Source: Eutreptiella sp. 'Long Island Sound 2002'
Taxonomy: Eukaryota; Protista; Euglenida
Reading direction: 5' to 3'
DNA: 64,000 bases
NCBI GenBank assembly: GCA_964036045.1
Contig: OZ038378.1
Coordinates: 185,690,001-185,754,000 of the forward strand
The notes below the pieces were generated by a model. That model was not told where the DNA came from. It worked only from the letters and a program-made list of their open reading frames with translations, and did not search any database. The position numbers and the translations under genes were made by a program. Shown piece by piece: positions 45,760 through 58,989 of the stretch (position 1 is its first letter; each line of letters starts with the position of its first letter).

Positions 45760-46790
45760 GGTCTTTGTCCTATGTGCCGTTCAGCCGTGCAGGGGGAACA
45801 GGTGTTCCATGAAGGCTGGTTGGGTGTCGTGGGGGACAATTGGTGTCCAGTGCCCCAGCTTCGCATCCTCTCTGCTGCCGTGCAGAGCATTCCAGTGGAT
45901 CGTGAGAGCCCTGTGCAGTACGCACGGACACGGCGGCAAAAGCGACAAGAACGCCGGAGTGTCAGGGACTCTGGTATGTGTGCTGCACAGGCCCCGTGGC
46001 ATGGACCGTAGTCCTGGAATGTATTGGAACGGCTGACAGGCTGACAACCATAGGAGCGGGACCCCCCCCCCCCCCTCCTCCTCTTCTAATGCATGACCCA
46101 GGTCAGAACTGTTGTGGTCACTAGGTTTTTTTGTCTCGTGGCCTGTGACCATGAGAAACGTGTTTGGTGTTGTATATGGGGCACAGAGTATCCACCACAG
46201 GGTACGGGCACCAGTTGGTCTTGAGGGTGGGGAACTCAAAAAAACACCTCTCAGAGGGTGGGTGGGGTTTGGCATGGGGGCCCACCGAGGGGTTGGAGAG
46301 GCTAGACATAGGGTATGACATCATTGGTCACAGGATCCTAACAGAACCTCCAAAAACAGCCGCTTCCCGTTCGAAATAGCCGTTTGTAGCCCTATACACA
46401 CCCCGACAATATACAATGTGATTATTTAGTATATTGTCACTGTGAGAGTCCGAACACAGTTTAATGTTTCGATGGTGGTGGAGGTGCATTGCTTCCCTTA
46501 TCGCTGCCCTATCTTGTGTATGCGGTCCTATGTTCGGCTCACTGACCATGTTCTACTCCCCATATGGGAAGCAGACTCAATACCGCTGCTTTTCTAGATT
46601 CGGCTAACCTGTCTGCCCACACTGATGGGCCAGTGGAGTTGTAAAATGGGGTAAAACAAGAAGTTTTGTGGGTCAGGTGTGTCCAGACACGTGGTTTGGC
46701 ACTTGGTGCTAAACCGCCGGCGGTTGATGGGCAACCATCAGTGTTCAGCAGGTCAATCAAAGTTTTTTCGTGCAACTACCAGCGTTTGAT
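45760..46790 (-). pseudogene. Possible non-LTR retroelement 3-prime relic (RNase H plus CCHC-like segment)
   Basis: LLNTDGCPSTAGG (TDG motif), DRAAIREAMHL...NIKLCSDS (E-helix and SDS motif), and a downstream MEHLF..C-like segment. Heavily decayed and split across frames. Confidence 0.4.
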
Positions 46791-47101
46791 GTACCGCATG
46801 TCATGGGACTAAAAGGGTTACTTTTGTTTCTCTAAGATGTTGGGGTTCAAGTTGGGGAGCGTGTGGTGGAAGGCCTGCTGTGAGCTTGTGAATGTGGTCG
46901 AGTCGGTGATTGTGTGCAAGAGTAATGGCGGGGTGCTAATGGGGCAAGTGGGCAGCTCTAGGATTGTGATGTTGTGCATTCGAGCGCACATCCTTGGACT
47001 CTGTGCGTGAGGAAGAGCCCAATGATGGTCAGTTTACGGAGCACGTGTCTGCATGCAGATGACAGTAGTAGTCATCCGTGGCAAAATTAGGGGATTGCCA
47101 T

Positions 47102-47773
47102 GGGAATGCTAATCCTGCGGCAGCTGCGGTGCGTTCTGCGGCGCGCACTTTGGGTAATTCTCCTAGAATATAGGCAGAATAGTGGTGCATACATACACAC
47201 ACTTTTTAGATCCGTATACCCCCATGCACCACTTTTCCTTGTATGTTATTGCTCCATTCTCCTTTTTAGGCCTCTCTCCTTCACAAATGGTGCACTTGTT
47301 TTCCGCACCCAATACGGCATGGGCCCCCGAGATGGTACTAGTCAAGTAGCATTGGGTTGGTGGGCCTGCTTGATCTTGAAAGAATTTGGGCCCCAACTCA
47401 AAGATCTCAAGAAGGGGGAGTGATCCTACTCGATGGTGGTTTCCCCGGAAGAAAGCATGATATTTTACCATATCCGAAGCCAAAAGAACAAGGATCACCC
47501 AAGATGGCAAGCCAAGTGCAACAATGGACACTCCTTCATTCAGGGCCTTGGAGAGCATCCGTTTGCCCAATTGCACACCTAGGCTATTCTGCAACCCGAG
47601 CATGAAGTTGGGGATGAATTGGGAGGAGTCTCTCCTCTGTAGAGAGCGATGGTGTCAACACATCACCGTACACGGAATTTTTTTTTGTTCCGGTGTATAT
47701 TTCCTTGACAGTGTACACTAAAGCTAATTACCCTTACCCTGCGACGCGCTTGCAATGCACAATCAGCATTCCC
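47102..47773 (+). mobile_element. Internally deleted copy of the Harbinger/ISL2EU-like family
   Basis: TIR GGGAATGCT / AGCATTCCC. Retains LILKEFGPQLKDLKKGE-VILLDGGFPG (47363-47470), paralogous to 40005-40080. Confidence 0.82.
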
Positions 47774-49869
47774 AATTGGTATACTTTTGAGACCCATTGG
47801 CCCTGTGCTCTGCGCGCGCTGTCATTATGCCCGTCGCCCATGCGCCCCCCTCCACAAACCGACAGGAGGTTGTTCACAGTCTTGTGCTGTTGCCGAAAAT
47901 CATGGACACAAGTCTGTTGATGGGACGGGTGACGGGTCGTTGCATCAAAAGGGGGTGTGTTTTGGACCACCTTGGCCTCATTTTCAGCCTCAACTCCTAC
48001 CCCCAGCCTCGGCCTAACCCCAACCCTCCCCCAGCTACAAAGGCCAGAGTGTCTGCACCAAGGGCCTATCGACAGCAGTGCTGCTGCCCGCTGGGCCAGA
48101 GATGGGGTCGGACAAGGTTGTAAAATCCTCAGGCGGTTTTACATGCCTGGGACTCACGGAGTCACCCTGGCATCTAAGACAGCTTAAGGTTATTTGCCCC
48201 ATCTGGGACTTGACCTGGGTATCTCCTGGTCAGGTATCATACACCTTGACAGCTCAGCCATGTAATCTCATTGGGCTACTCCAAGGGGCTCGCTGACCAC
48301 CAGTGCTGACTTCAGGGGCCAGGCAGGCATCATCAGCCTTTTGCATGGTTGTCCCACCTTCCCTTCCAAGAACAAGGGTAAAAGCACTGAATTTTGAGAG
48401 AAACAACACTTCTTCTTGCTCTGACAAGGGTGTTGTTCCTGCAAGAAGACGCAAGCAGTGACCGTTGTGTAGTGAATGTACTAATTGTTGGGTGATTCCC
48501 CAATCTCCACCTCCAAAGGACAAGAAGGGGTGAAAGTGGGTGGCAGGACAGCAATCAGTATCCCTAAAACACCATCTCCAGCCCCAAATCACAGGAAACC
48601 CTTGGTCTTCATGGACAACCACAAAAAGGAAAACTCCAAATGCCGCCAAACTCCATATGGGCCCAACAGTTGCGGATTCAACACCTTCTGTTGTTCTGAC
48701 AAGGTCGTTGTTCTCGCAAGAGGTGGGGCGGGGGACCTCATGGAGCACCCTATTCCTCCACCCCACCCACCCCCTCTCTCAGCTCATCCCCAACCCTGAG
48801 CACTCATGCACCCCCCAAGCCCCACACTCTCAGCCCCCCCCCCCCCCCCCCCCCCACTCTCACCCCCCCCCCCCCTCACCCTCACCCTCGTGACGCAGGC
48901 TTGGGCAGCGGCGGTTCACCAAGCTCCCAAAAGGCGCAAAAAACCGCATCCCCAACGCACCGTCGACCTCCCACAATGATCCATCTGTGAGGCCACACCT
49001 GCGCTGTCAGAGGTCTGTGCTATTTTGGAATGAGGGACATGTCAAGGTGGCCTCAGTCTTCAGATCTGTCTCTCTAGAGACATGTGTCGTACGTGGCTTC
49101 CTGGTCCCTGTCAAGGTCTGCCTGAATGGCCTGCTGGTTGGATAGCCCCTGGCTGGGCATGCAGTCGCTGAAAGTGAGCCGCTCTTTTCCCAACCCCTTT
49201 CTCACCTGTTTCACACACTCGCGCGCGCACGCACACACACCTTGGCCTCCAGCGCACACGATTGAGTTGGGTTGAGTTGATTCGTGGTGCTGTGTTGTGT
49301 TGTGTTGTGTTGTGATGTGTTGTGTTGTTTTGCGCTGCTGGAGCCTTAGAGACTGCTCTGGTCACCGATAATGCCTGACAACAATGTCTGGTAGCCTCCA
49401 TTGGCTGCTGCATTGTAGTTTGTCAGCTTGCCCATCTACATATATACAGATGTAGATGTGTGTGGAACGTGCACATCTCCGAATCTCATGGGTTCATGCC
49501 CCAGTGGTCTCTGGCATAAGCCTCATTCCCCACCAATGTCACCAGCGGACCTGTCTGCCAATCCCCAACTGGTATCAAGTGGTACCAAGTACGCCTGAGT
49601 CAGTTGCCCTTTGGCAACAAAAAACACGTGTTTTTTTTGGTTGCCCCATTTTGTGCTCTCTTCTGGACCCCCATGGGCGTTTTTTTTTTGTGGTATTGTG
49701 GGGCATAAACATTATTTACATTGAAATGCTACTATTGTGATGCTCTTTTTTGAGGAGGGTGCTGTATGTATGTCTCCATTGCCGCGGCCACATGGTTTGT
49801 TGCCACGTGGTTTGCTGCTAGCACAGGGCTCAAGTTGCATGAGGCCAACAAAAAAGAGGAAATGGAGGT

Positions 49870-50320
49870 TGTTAGCTTTCTACTATGGAATGGGCAGAGG
49901 TGTTTTTGGCTTGAAATCCCAAAGCTGCACCGTTGAAAGGGCAAGCGGCTTTCATCAAAAGGGAGTAGCCATCTATCATTGTAGAAGTCGAAATTCCAGT
50001 AAACAGATACAATTGCAGATTGGAGAACATGCCCTGTTGTTTGATCTCATCGGAGAACATGCCCTGTTCGTTGATCTCATCGTTGGAGATCGCATGCCAC
50101 TCAGCTGACTACCACAGAATGGGCACAGGTGTTTTCACCTCTCAACACTGCAATGTTTCTCAAATCTCAATAAAAAGGGCAATCAGCTTTCATCAAATGG
50201 AAGTAGGCATCTTTGTTTGTTGATGTCTGATAAAAAGTTACAGTTGCAACCTGGAGAAGATGCCCTACTCTTTGATTTCATTGTTGGAGATCGCTTGCCA
50301 CTCAGCTTCCCACCATCTAC
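49870..50320. repeat. Two diverged tandem units of about 210-240 bp with an internal 30-bp duplication
   Basis: GAATGGGCA.AGGTGTTTT...GCTTTCATCAAA...GGAGAA.ATGCCCT...GTTGGAGATCGC.TGCCACTCAGCT occurs twice. Confidence 0.7.
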
Positions 50321-50789
50321 TACTACCAAGCCACAACAACCTAGCCATCTCTTTGGTTCCTCACGGCAGTCCCTGCCGGCGAGGAGCAAATTTCGCCGCA
50401 CATGTGAAGCTAAATAGCCAAAATGACCATGAATTATGGGGTAGTAACACACAAATGAGTTTATAGCTTCTTCAGGGGGGGAACACCCCCCCCTCCCCCC
50501 ACCCCGCCCCAAATGGCCCTGTTCACACCCAACCAACCTGCCCACACTAAGCCTCTATCAACCCCCCACCCCCTCCTCCGGCCCACCTCCAGTTTTTGGG
50601 GTACTCCAGTGAGCAATAGCACCACGGCAAGCTTGATTTGCGACCCTCCGCGGTAGCCACAGGGGGAGCACACGACGCGGCGCGTGGGCGGTGTGGACGT
50701 TCAGCCGTCTACCCCCAACCAGTAGCCGTAGATTAACTAGTGGCTAGGCTAGAAGAGCAATATTATCCCTCCACCATTTGGACAAGGGT

Positions 50790-51030
50790 AGGAAAAATCG
50801 ACAATCCATCAAGGAGACCCCAAACTAGGGTGGTGGTTGCTTGCAAGGGACCATCTTATGTATGCAAGACACAGGGATGTTGACACGGGCTTTGTACCCA
50901 AGCGTCTACTCTCCTTAGGGGGCATTTTGTGATGGGGTAAAAGCCAACGCATTCCAGGGAACCTGCCGTAAAAGTAGCACGCTGCGCAAATACTCCCACA
51001 CGATACGGTCACACACCATGGCGCATTCGT
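50790..51030 (-). pseudogene. Possible non-LTR reverse-transcriptase fragment
   Basis: CDRIVWEYLRSVLLLRQVP resembles AFDxVxWxYLxxVLxxxGxP, and LHT*DGPLQAT resembles LRQGDPLSP. No YADD motif is seen. Confidence 0.3.
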
Positions 51031-51047
51031 ACCCAAGCCTCACTGAA

Positions 51048-51700
51048 GGGGGGTGCTTATCTTGCAGCACCTGCGGCGTGCCCTGCGGCTCGCAATTTGG
51101 GTACTTATCTTGGAACAGAGGCAATAGTGTGGTACATACACACACCCGTTTTTTTGTGTAACATATACCCCTATACACCCCTTTCCCCCTATTTTTGTTC
51201 CTATTGTTACCCTTTTGGGCCTCTTCCCCCACAAATGGTGCCCTTGTTGCCCGTCCCCAATATGGAATGGGCCGTGTATGAACTTTGAGTCATCCCCGCT
51301 TTGGGCACTCCTGAGACGGCAAGGGTTAGGTAGCATGGGGGCGGTTGCCAGCCAGGACCCGACCCCAAGAGGGGGGGGGGGGGGGAGGGCTCTACGGACC
51401 CCAAAATGGTTCTGCAGAACAATCGGTTTTGTGGGTGTTGGAGCTAATCTGGTGAACTCAGCGAAACGAACCTATGGCGGCATGTAAGAGTGCTTTGAGC
51501 GCCAAATCGAGCAAAATACTATACTAATGTCATTTGTTGCTCATTGAAGATCCCGTTGCGGGGATGCCGTAGTGTCCTCTGTGTAGAGCGATGGTGTCAA
51601 AAGATCAACGTGCACGGAAATTTTTTGTATTGGTGTATATTTCGTGGACAATGTACACTATAGCTAATTACCCTTACTTTGCGGCACACATGAAGCGCTC
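51048..51700 (+). mobile_element. Non-autonomous copy of the Harbinger/ISL2EU-like family
   Basis: Shares the left module (CCCCTATACACC, TTTTGGGCCTCTTCCCCCACAAATGGTGCC, GCTTTGGGCACTC) and the right module (GGTGTATATTTC..GACA.TGTACAC.A.AGCTAATTACCCTTAC) with 38950-41073. Confidence 0.8.
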
Positions 51701-54169
51701 TACACACGCTAGAAGCAGGTACCCTCCTAGGCCCCCACGAAAGGGTCTTGGTGAAGCCAATGCTAGAAGCATATAGCTACTGAGGCCCCACCACAGGGCG
51801 TCGGTGGAGCAAACTCTCATACTGCACCAGCACCGGCAGTGAACCCCCGGAACAGTTGGCAAAATGCCTGAGCCTGCTGCACACCACTGATGGATACTCA
51901 GTGATCCAAAACCCGTTGGTGCTGTGCTACATTTCCCACAACAGCAGTGCTGAGCACCCTCCAAACTCCACAGTCTTGGGAAAGTTTTTGTGTGGAGTGT
52001 GCTGGCGCCGGCATGGGAGGGACACCAAGCAGCAGAAGCAGCACTTGTGAGTTGCAGGACAACTGTCCCACTCTCACCTAGCAACAATATTTTCCCCTGG
52101 CTGTTGAGGGGCGGCTGAGCAGGCTCCCCACCTGTTGCAGTCTTTTTGAACTCGCCCTCTTCACCCCCCACCCAATGGATGGACAACCAACCCACCTATC
52201 CATGAGTGGATGAGCCCCTCCTCAAAAGCTGAAGTTGTATGTTCACCTGGAAGTACCCACCGGCATACTCATTCAGCCTTTATGGCACACACCCCTTCCT
52301 GCCCTGTGGGCCCAGTCAGTTCCAAAGGGTTTGGCCCATAGTATTGATGGTGCCGAAGGTGGATGTTGTAAGTCATGACATCTCTTTTTTCTTCTTTCAT
52401 TTATCCCTGAGATGGCAAAGGTTATGCAGCCGTTTCCCTTTTCCCGAGGCGGCAGGGGTTGCACACCCCTTGAGCCCCCCCCCCCCCCTGCACCACCACC
52501 CACCCGCCTTCGGCCCACTTCTCCGGGGGGGGGGGTCACATATCCTCCCCCCCCCCCCCCGTGATTGCCATGCACCACTTCAGAGGTCAGCACCCCAATG
52601 TGGCATCTGTAAGCACGCCGTCCACTTGTTTTGTGCTACCATAGTATCAAATACCATGCCTGGCACTTGCTGTTCCCCAAGGCCGCCTTTGTCTACCACC
52701 CAAAACTGCCCTCTCAAGTTTTTGAAGCAATGGAAAGATGTGTCACCTTGGCTTCGAGGACGATGGTACAATGCGTTGTCTGTGCTTGGTGTGTCCCCAA
52801 GAAGCACGACAGAAATTTATTTGCATCACAGGACATTAAAGAAGTGTGGGCACTTTGGAACAACAAAACACAACACCCATGCATATTTTCAAGTTCATGT
52901 CATCTTTCCTGTTGCTCAACATTAATAGCAACCGGCCAAAATCCTCCAGGAGTTGGCAGTATCCATTCAGAACCTCAAAAAAGGTTAGCGCCATCCAGAA
53001 GTCTACCACCATCCATATAGTGATCCTCTTGTGAAACAAAACCAAAACGACACGACACATTTTTTTTCTCCCATGATTTCCCCATCTGCACAGATTTATG
53101 GAACGAGTGTTTGAGGCTGCTGCTTCTCACAACAGTGCTGCATTTTCCAGGCGATGTGCAGGTGTTTGTGTCTAGCGTCCCCTGCCCGTGCCCCTGTACT
53201 GCTGACCTCCACATTGTCTGTGGAGTCCCTCTTGCCTTGAGGTTCCTTTGGTCACCCCAGTCTTCCGGAGGTTTTGTCCACACTATTTGTCTGCCCGCCG
53301 GACATGTGTGACCCACAGGAATCCCGGCTCAGCCAACCCAGGGACCCAGCCCCTGCCCCCCCCCCCCCCCCTCCTCCAGGCCCTCCGTCTGAGGATACGG
53401 CCATTTGGCTGAGACCTTTCTGCCACCTCTTCCACAACGTGGGTACCCGCAGACGGCAGGGGTTATGTAGTTATGTAGCCATGGATGTGTGCTACAAGGA
53501 GGCCCATTCTTTGGCACTGCCACTATCGTTGCACATTTGGGATGAGGAAAAAAACAGAGGTGTGGGCATGGGATCACAAGGCAGAGGCGTCAACTGTCAC
53601 TACGTGGATGAGCTGTGTAGTGACCCCCCCTCCCCTTTGCCAGCCCCCCCCCCCCCCGCCTGGTTCCCCGGGCCCCATGTTGGTGTGGACCAGCCGGGTG
53701 TAGACCTACTGAGCTGGATTGCCTTGTCTGACCTGACTTGCAAATAGGCCTTGTAGTCGTACTGTGTGTATGTGCTGCCTTTCCCTTTCCCGCATTCAGT
53801 TATTTTTGCACCTCTGGAACCCCCACCCACCCGCACCCTCAAATTGCCATTGTTCAGGCCTTTTAGTGGCACTTGAAAATCACCTCAAAGAGAGGTTGTT
53901 AGATCAAGCGCACACATGGGCGCCACATTTCGCCCTATTTTGGAGTCATTTGTGTAGCATACCCCAAGGTATTATATTGGATGTCCAACCCCTTGTGAAA
54001 TCCTCATTTTGGGAGACAAAATGATCCCCCAATGAATTTTTTCACCCCCCCCCTCCTCTTGTACCCGGGTGCCACTTTTCTTTTTGGGGTGGGGGGATCA
54101 AAAATTCTTTGTGTATTGTGGCCACTGTGCGTTGATTTGGACCCAGGTGCTAAAAATTTTTTTGTGTTG

Positions 54170-55800
54170 TACATGGACCCCTGAACCAATGGCGGGGTCC
54201 CGGGTCCAAACTCTGGGTACCCCCCCGGTCAGCCCTCGCCGGGGAGGCTGTTTTCAAGCTGGCGCGCGATGGCTGAAAACTTTCGAAATTCGAGTTTTTC
54301 CGCAACCCTTCTGTCACCCCTGGGATGGGTTTACTTAAACACCCATGGGGACCCACTTACTGGCTGCTAGGTTCGTGTAGCCCCGGGCCATGGGCCCCTG
54401 AACCCCCCCCCCCCCCCTACCTCCGCCCCAAAGGATGCTTCTGGCCAACACTTCGTCGTCTCTCCCCGAAGGCAATGGAATTCTCCAAAATTTCATTTTT
54501 TCTGAAATACTTCTGTCAACTCTCGGATGGGTTTCGGTGATCATTTGGTGACAATATGGGTGCTCTAGCACCCATGGAGACCCACGTAGCCCAAAAGCCC
54601 CAAAATTGCTGTGGCGTGTGATACTGGGTCTTTAGTGGCACCTTTGAAATTTTGCTTTTTTTCGGAATTCCTTTAGTTGCCTTTGGGATGGGTTTGGGTG
54701 ATTGTTTGGTGACAATATGGGGACTCTGGTACCCATTGGGACCCATGTCAGGCCCATGAAGCCCAAGCCATGTGCCCCCCACAAGCCCCAAAATTGTTGT
54801 TCCTCACTTAGGCTGTTTAGTGGCACCTGCAATTTTTCGAAAATTTGTCGTTTTCCAAAACCCTTTTGTTGTCTCTGGGATGGGTTTGGGTGATCATTTG
54901 GTGACGGGTACTTCAACACCCATCGGGACCCACATAGTGGCCGCCCGGCCCATGAAGCCCAAGCCGTGGCCCCCTTAAAAGCCCCAAATTGCTGATCTTT
55001 GGGCCGTTTGATGGCACCTGTACATTTTTGAAAATTTGTTTCTTTGAAATCCTTTTGTCGCCTCTGGGATGGGTTTGGCTGATCATTTGGTGACAAATAC
55101 GGGTACTACATGAGGACCCACGTGGCGGCTAGGCCCATGTAGCCCAGGCTGTGGCCCCCCCGAAAGCCCCGAAATTGCTGTATTTGGTTTGGTAGGTGGT
55201 TGGCTTGTAGCAGCCTCTATGCGTCAATTCGGATTCAGCTCCCGTTTCACTTTTTTCTTCTATATGGACCTCCTAACCAATGGCGGGGTCCCAAGTGATT
55301 CTGGGGCAACCACCGAAGACCCCCGGGTCGTTGTTGGGTGATAATTTGGTGACAATGGGAGTGCGTATGAACCCATAGGGAAACATGTAGCCTCAACCAA
55401 GTGCTCTTAGTGGTGCTTATTGGCCCCTGAAAGCACCGTTCTGGGCCCCATAGTGTGGTGGGCAAAAGTTGGTTGGCCGATAGCCACCACTGTGCGGCGA
55501 TTCTGACCCGGCTCCCCTTCCACTTTTTTATTCTAAGTACACTAAGCACCCCTAAGCACCGATGGAGGCCCTGGGTGCGATCTGGGCCTTTCCCAAATTG
55601 GCCTCCCTATGGCGCCCCACTAGTGAGGCCGTTTTCAAGCCGGCATGGGTTGGCTGAAAAATCATGATTTTAGGGTGACCTCCGACAATGTCTGGGGGCC
55701 CTTGGGCGGTTGGGTGATCATTTGGTGACAATGGCAGTATGTATGACAATGGGAGTACATATAAGCTCATGTGGCACTCCTAAAGGTGCTTTTTGGCCTC
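54170..55800. repeat. Degenerate tandem repeat family with period about 160-190 bp (copy 2)
   Basis: GGGATGGGTTTGG(G/C)TGATCATTTGGTGAC-like motif at about 54525, 54685, 54875 and 55065, with further copies at about 55335 and 55710. Confidence 0.8.
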
Positions 55801-56816
55801 CGAAAGCACCCTTTTGCACTGCAATGTGGGAACTTCATGGGCCTATGGTTTACAATTCCCCCACAATGTTGCTCGTCTATCTTTGAGGTGCCTTGCCAAA
55901 GGCAATAGAATTTATTTAAGGTCCCATGAGCGGGCAACCGGTGACTCCCCGGTCTTTGGGACCCCCATATCGCTGGGTTATGTCACCAACCTGTGCCTCT
56001 CCATTCCAGGGACCCGATGCAGGACAGGTTGCAGAGCTGTTCTTTGGAAAGACTGGCCTTCTAATCCTTACCACGTTGGGATCCCTCAGGGGCACAACCT
56101 CCACAATCCCTACTGTATCAGGGTTTCTGGGGTAGGGGCACACAAGTAATGTGGTTGCCAAAACGGGGAGTCAAAGAATGGCCTGCCATCTGAGGTTTCA
56201 TGACCCTTGTGATTTTGGTACCACTAGGGAGGATGTCTATGCTCTAGTTGGGGTGGGAATGCCTGCATGCATTGCATCAGGGTCTCCAGAGTTGGGAATT
56301 CACAAGGAAGTGACCCCACAGCAGCTTGGCTTACATCGACATGTTTTGACTCTCTACTCAATGGTATCCGAATATGGGAGATGATAGTTGGGAATACTCG
56401 GGCGGATCCTGGGATAACCAGAAAATTGTGCTGCATAGGTATCAAAAGGTTTGCAACTAGGTTTCGTATTATGTTCCCTGCTGGTGCAGTATGAATCAAT
56501 TAGAGAATAGCGTTGGGCTGTTGGTGGCCAGTTCCGCCCCGCCCCCCCCCCCCTTTCTAGAGAATAAAGATGCACTTATGCCTGACTGTGGAGTGCATTA
56601 CCTCTGGTTTGCATTTGTCTGTTTTTTTAATTAGGTCACACCCCCCCTTTCTAGATGTGGACCGGGGGGGGGGGGGGTTGCCAGCGGAAAAAAACAGGTT
56701 GCTGCACATAGGGTCTTTCTGCGGAAAAATGCTCAATGTGGATTTAACCCTGCATCTCGAGTGGCACAGCACGACAATCCTCTTTCAGGGCAAATATGCA
56801 CAAGTGGATGTGTTCT

Positions 56817-56819
56817 TGG

Positions 56820-56887
<68 letters not shown>

Positions 56888-56889
56888 AC
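56817..56889. repeat. (GTT)n microsatellite
   Basis: Direct reading. Confidence 0.97.
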
Positions 56890-57147
56890 TGTTGGGTCAC
56901 CATGTTGCTCCTGTGCACAGGCATTGCTGGTGAAGTTCTGGCAAACATTGTGGGACCATATTCATGCCACTATGCATCATCCACCAGAAGTGTGCAATAG
57001 CTCTCATTTTTGCCAGTTTTGCAAGTGCTTGCTTGCTTGGACCCCACTTTGCATCTTAAAGCCGGCATTGTTGAACCAATTTCAACCTCAATCCTGACCC
57101 TGTGCCTAATAACATTACTACCTGGCTGTCAGTGTAGCCCCCCCCCC

Positions 57148-57375
57148 CCCCCCACTTGTAATTACCCACCCCTTGCAATCCCCCCCCCCCCCCCGCCCCC
57201 CCAACGGGGGGGACCGTCACTTGGCCCCAAAAGCATTGGAAACATTGGGCGTTGAAGAAAAATTTTCTTTAGGTTACACTGGAACTGGGGCTGGGGGGGA
57301 CCGTCACTTGGTGCCCCCCCCCCCCCCCCCTGGGGGGGACCGGCCCGACATAAGGGGGGGAGATTACAAGGGGGG
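57148..57375. mobile_element. Small MITE-like element
   Basis: CCCCC(A)CTTGTAAT / ATTACAAGGGGGG inverted ends and an internal GGGGGGACCGTCACTTGG direct repeat; same end motif as the inner arms at 36870/37430. Confidence 0.5.
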
Positions 57376-58989
57376 CCGGGGGTAGTTGCATGCCACCGGA
57401 GTAATTTGTACTCTGAGCACCCTTTTTATTTTAGGAGTGTAAAGACTAGATCATATATCACGGAAAGCTCCTTTAAAATTTAAATGAGCACCTCAGAACT
57501 ATTATCCTCAACCAAAAATCACTTGACTCTCCTTTCAGATTTATGTTTTCCATGGAAAGCAGCCAAGGGCTGCTTCAAAAGCATGAATTAAATCCCAACA
57601 GAGGTACCTCTTTCTGCATTGTGATGCCAGCCTTCTCTAGAAAAAAGTACAGGTCAGACTGAGAGTTATTTGTACAGTCCATGAATTTCACCATGCATTT
57701 CCACCCTGCGCAAGGTTCAGAGCCAATCGGCTTCGCCCTGGTCACATGTACCCTCCAGGGCTTTGCCCTTATGAGGGATCAAATCAGCACGTTACATCCT
57801 GACCTTTCTGCCTGACTGACCTCAACTTTGCATTCACTGTCACCGCAAGACCGTGCAGAGCTGGGGGCCTGCTCTCCCCAAACAAGGCAGCTTCCTTTCG
57901 AAACCACATCTCTTGGTTGCGTCACTCAAACATGATGGCGGTATTGATACATCGACGTCACATCTTCTGTGCACATTCACTGATGCATCCAAACTGACAT
58001 CTTTCCTGGTATTGAATTGTGCAAGCATTTGATGAGAGTCAAGATTGGATGTGCATTTTTTTTTTTTGCCTCTTTGGGCATTTGTTTGGAACATTTTTAG
58101 CTAGACTGACAAATATCAATGCAGAGCGTCGGCCCCCTTCCCGTGTATGTTCATCCCACTTTGCCAACTTCAAGTCATGTTTTGGCTTTTTGTGGCCAAC
58201 ATGTTTTTTTGTACTGTGCAGCCCTGCTTCCCCCGGTTTGTGGCCAACATTGGTTGAATGATTTCTAGTGCTCTTTGCACCCCAGCAATGGGATACATAC
58301 AACACATCACAGTATGAAACCATAAAGAAATACAAAGAAATGGGATCAGAGATTCAATAGATTCAGCAGATTGTTACAGGAAAATGACAGACAACTGAAA
58401 CAAAATGGAAAGGTTGATGTGCATGTACAATCCATTTTTTATGGGGAGGTTTTTTTTTTCACCACGTTTCAAAGCAAGCATTGCCACCCCGGAGCCCAGA
58501 TTCAATTCCATGAGAGATAGATTTCATTATTGTTAGGCAACATAAGATAGTCAAAATCGAAAAATGTATTGACCAATGGCATGAAACGTTCTGTAGGGGA
58601 TAAGGTGCAAAGAGCCCCACACTCACCAGTGGCGGCCTGGGGCACACACCAAGTAGGGAAGTGCCCTCCCAAATTTACTCAATTTTGACCTCAAAATGGC
58701 ATTTTTTTTGCACCCTGTAAGCCATGGAACCCATTCAAAAAGGCCAAAGAAGGAAAGGTATGAATTATGCCGCGGCTCTGTTGGATTTTCTGTGTCAAAG
58801 AGGTGGTCCCCCAAAATGGCCCGAAATCTGCAAGGTTTCGGCTGCACAACCCCCAAACAAAGAATGGGTCATATCTCATGTTAAGGAGTTCAAAATCTCA
58901 TTTGGACGTCTGGCGTTAAGGCTCAAAAAATGTTTCAAAAGGGTGTGGCCCAAATCCTGAGGTGTTGAGGTATCTAGCCCCCGGTGTTT

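Noticed and set aside
52575-52680. PHD-like finger (CGICKHAVHLFC)
   Set aside because: Too short, with incomplete ligand spacing and no context.
56937-57005. Further downstream exon (ALLVKFWQTLWDHIHATMHHPPE)
   Set aside because: The acceptor and phase are plausible, but it lies 11 kb from exon 17 with no motif support.
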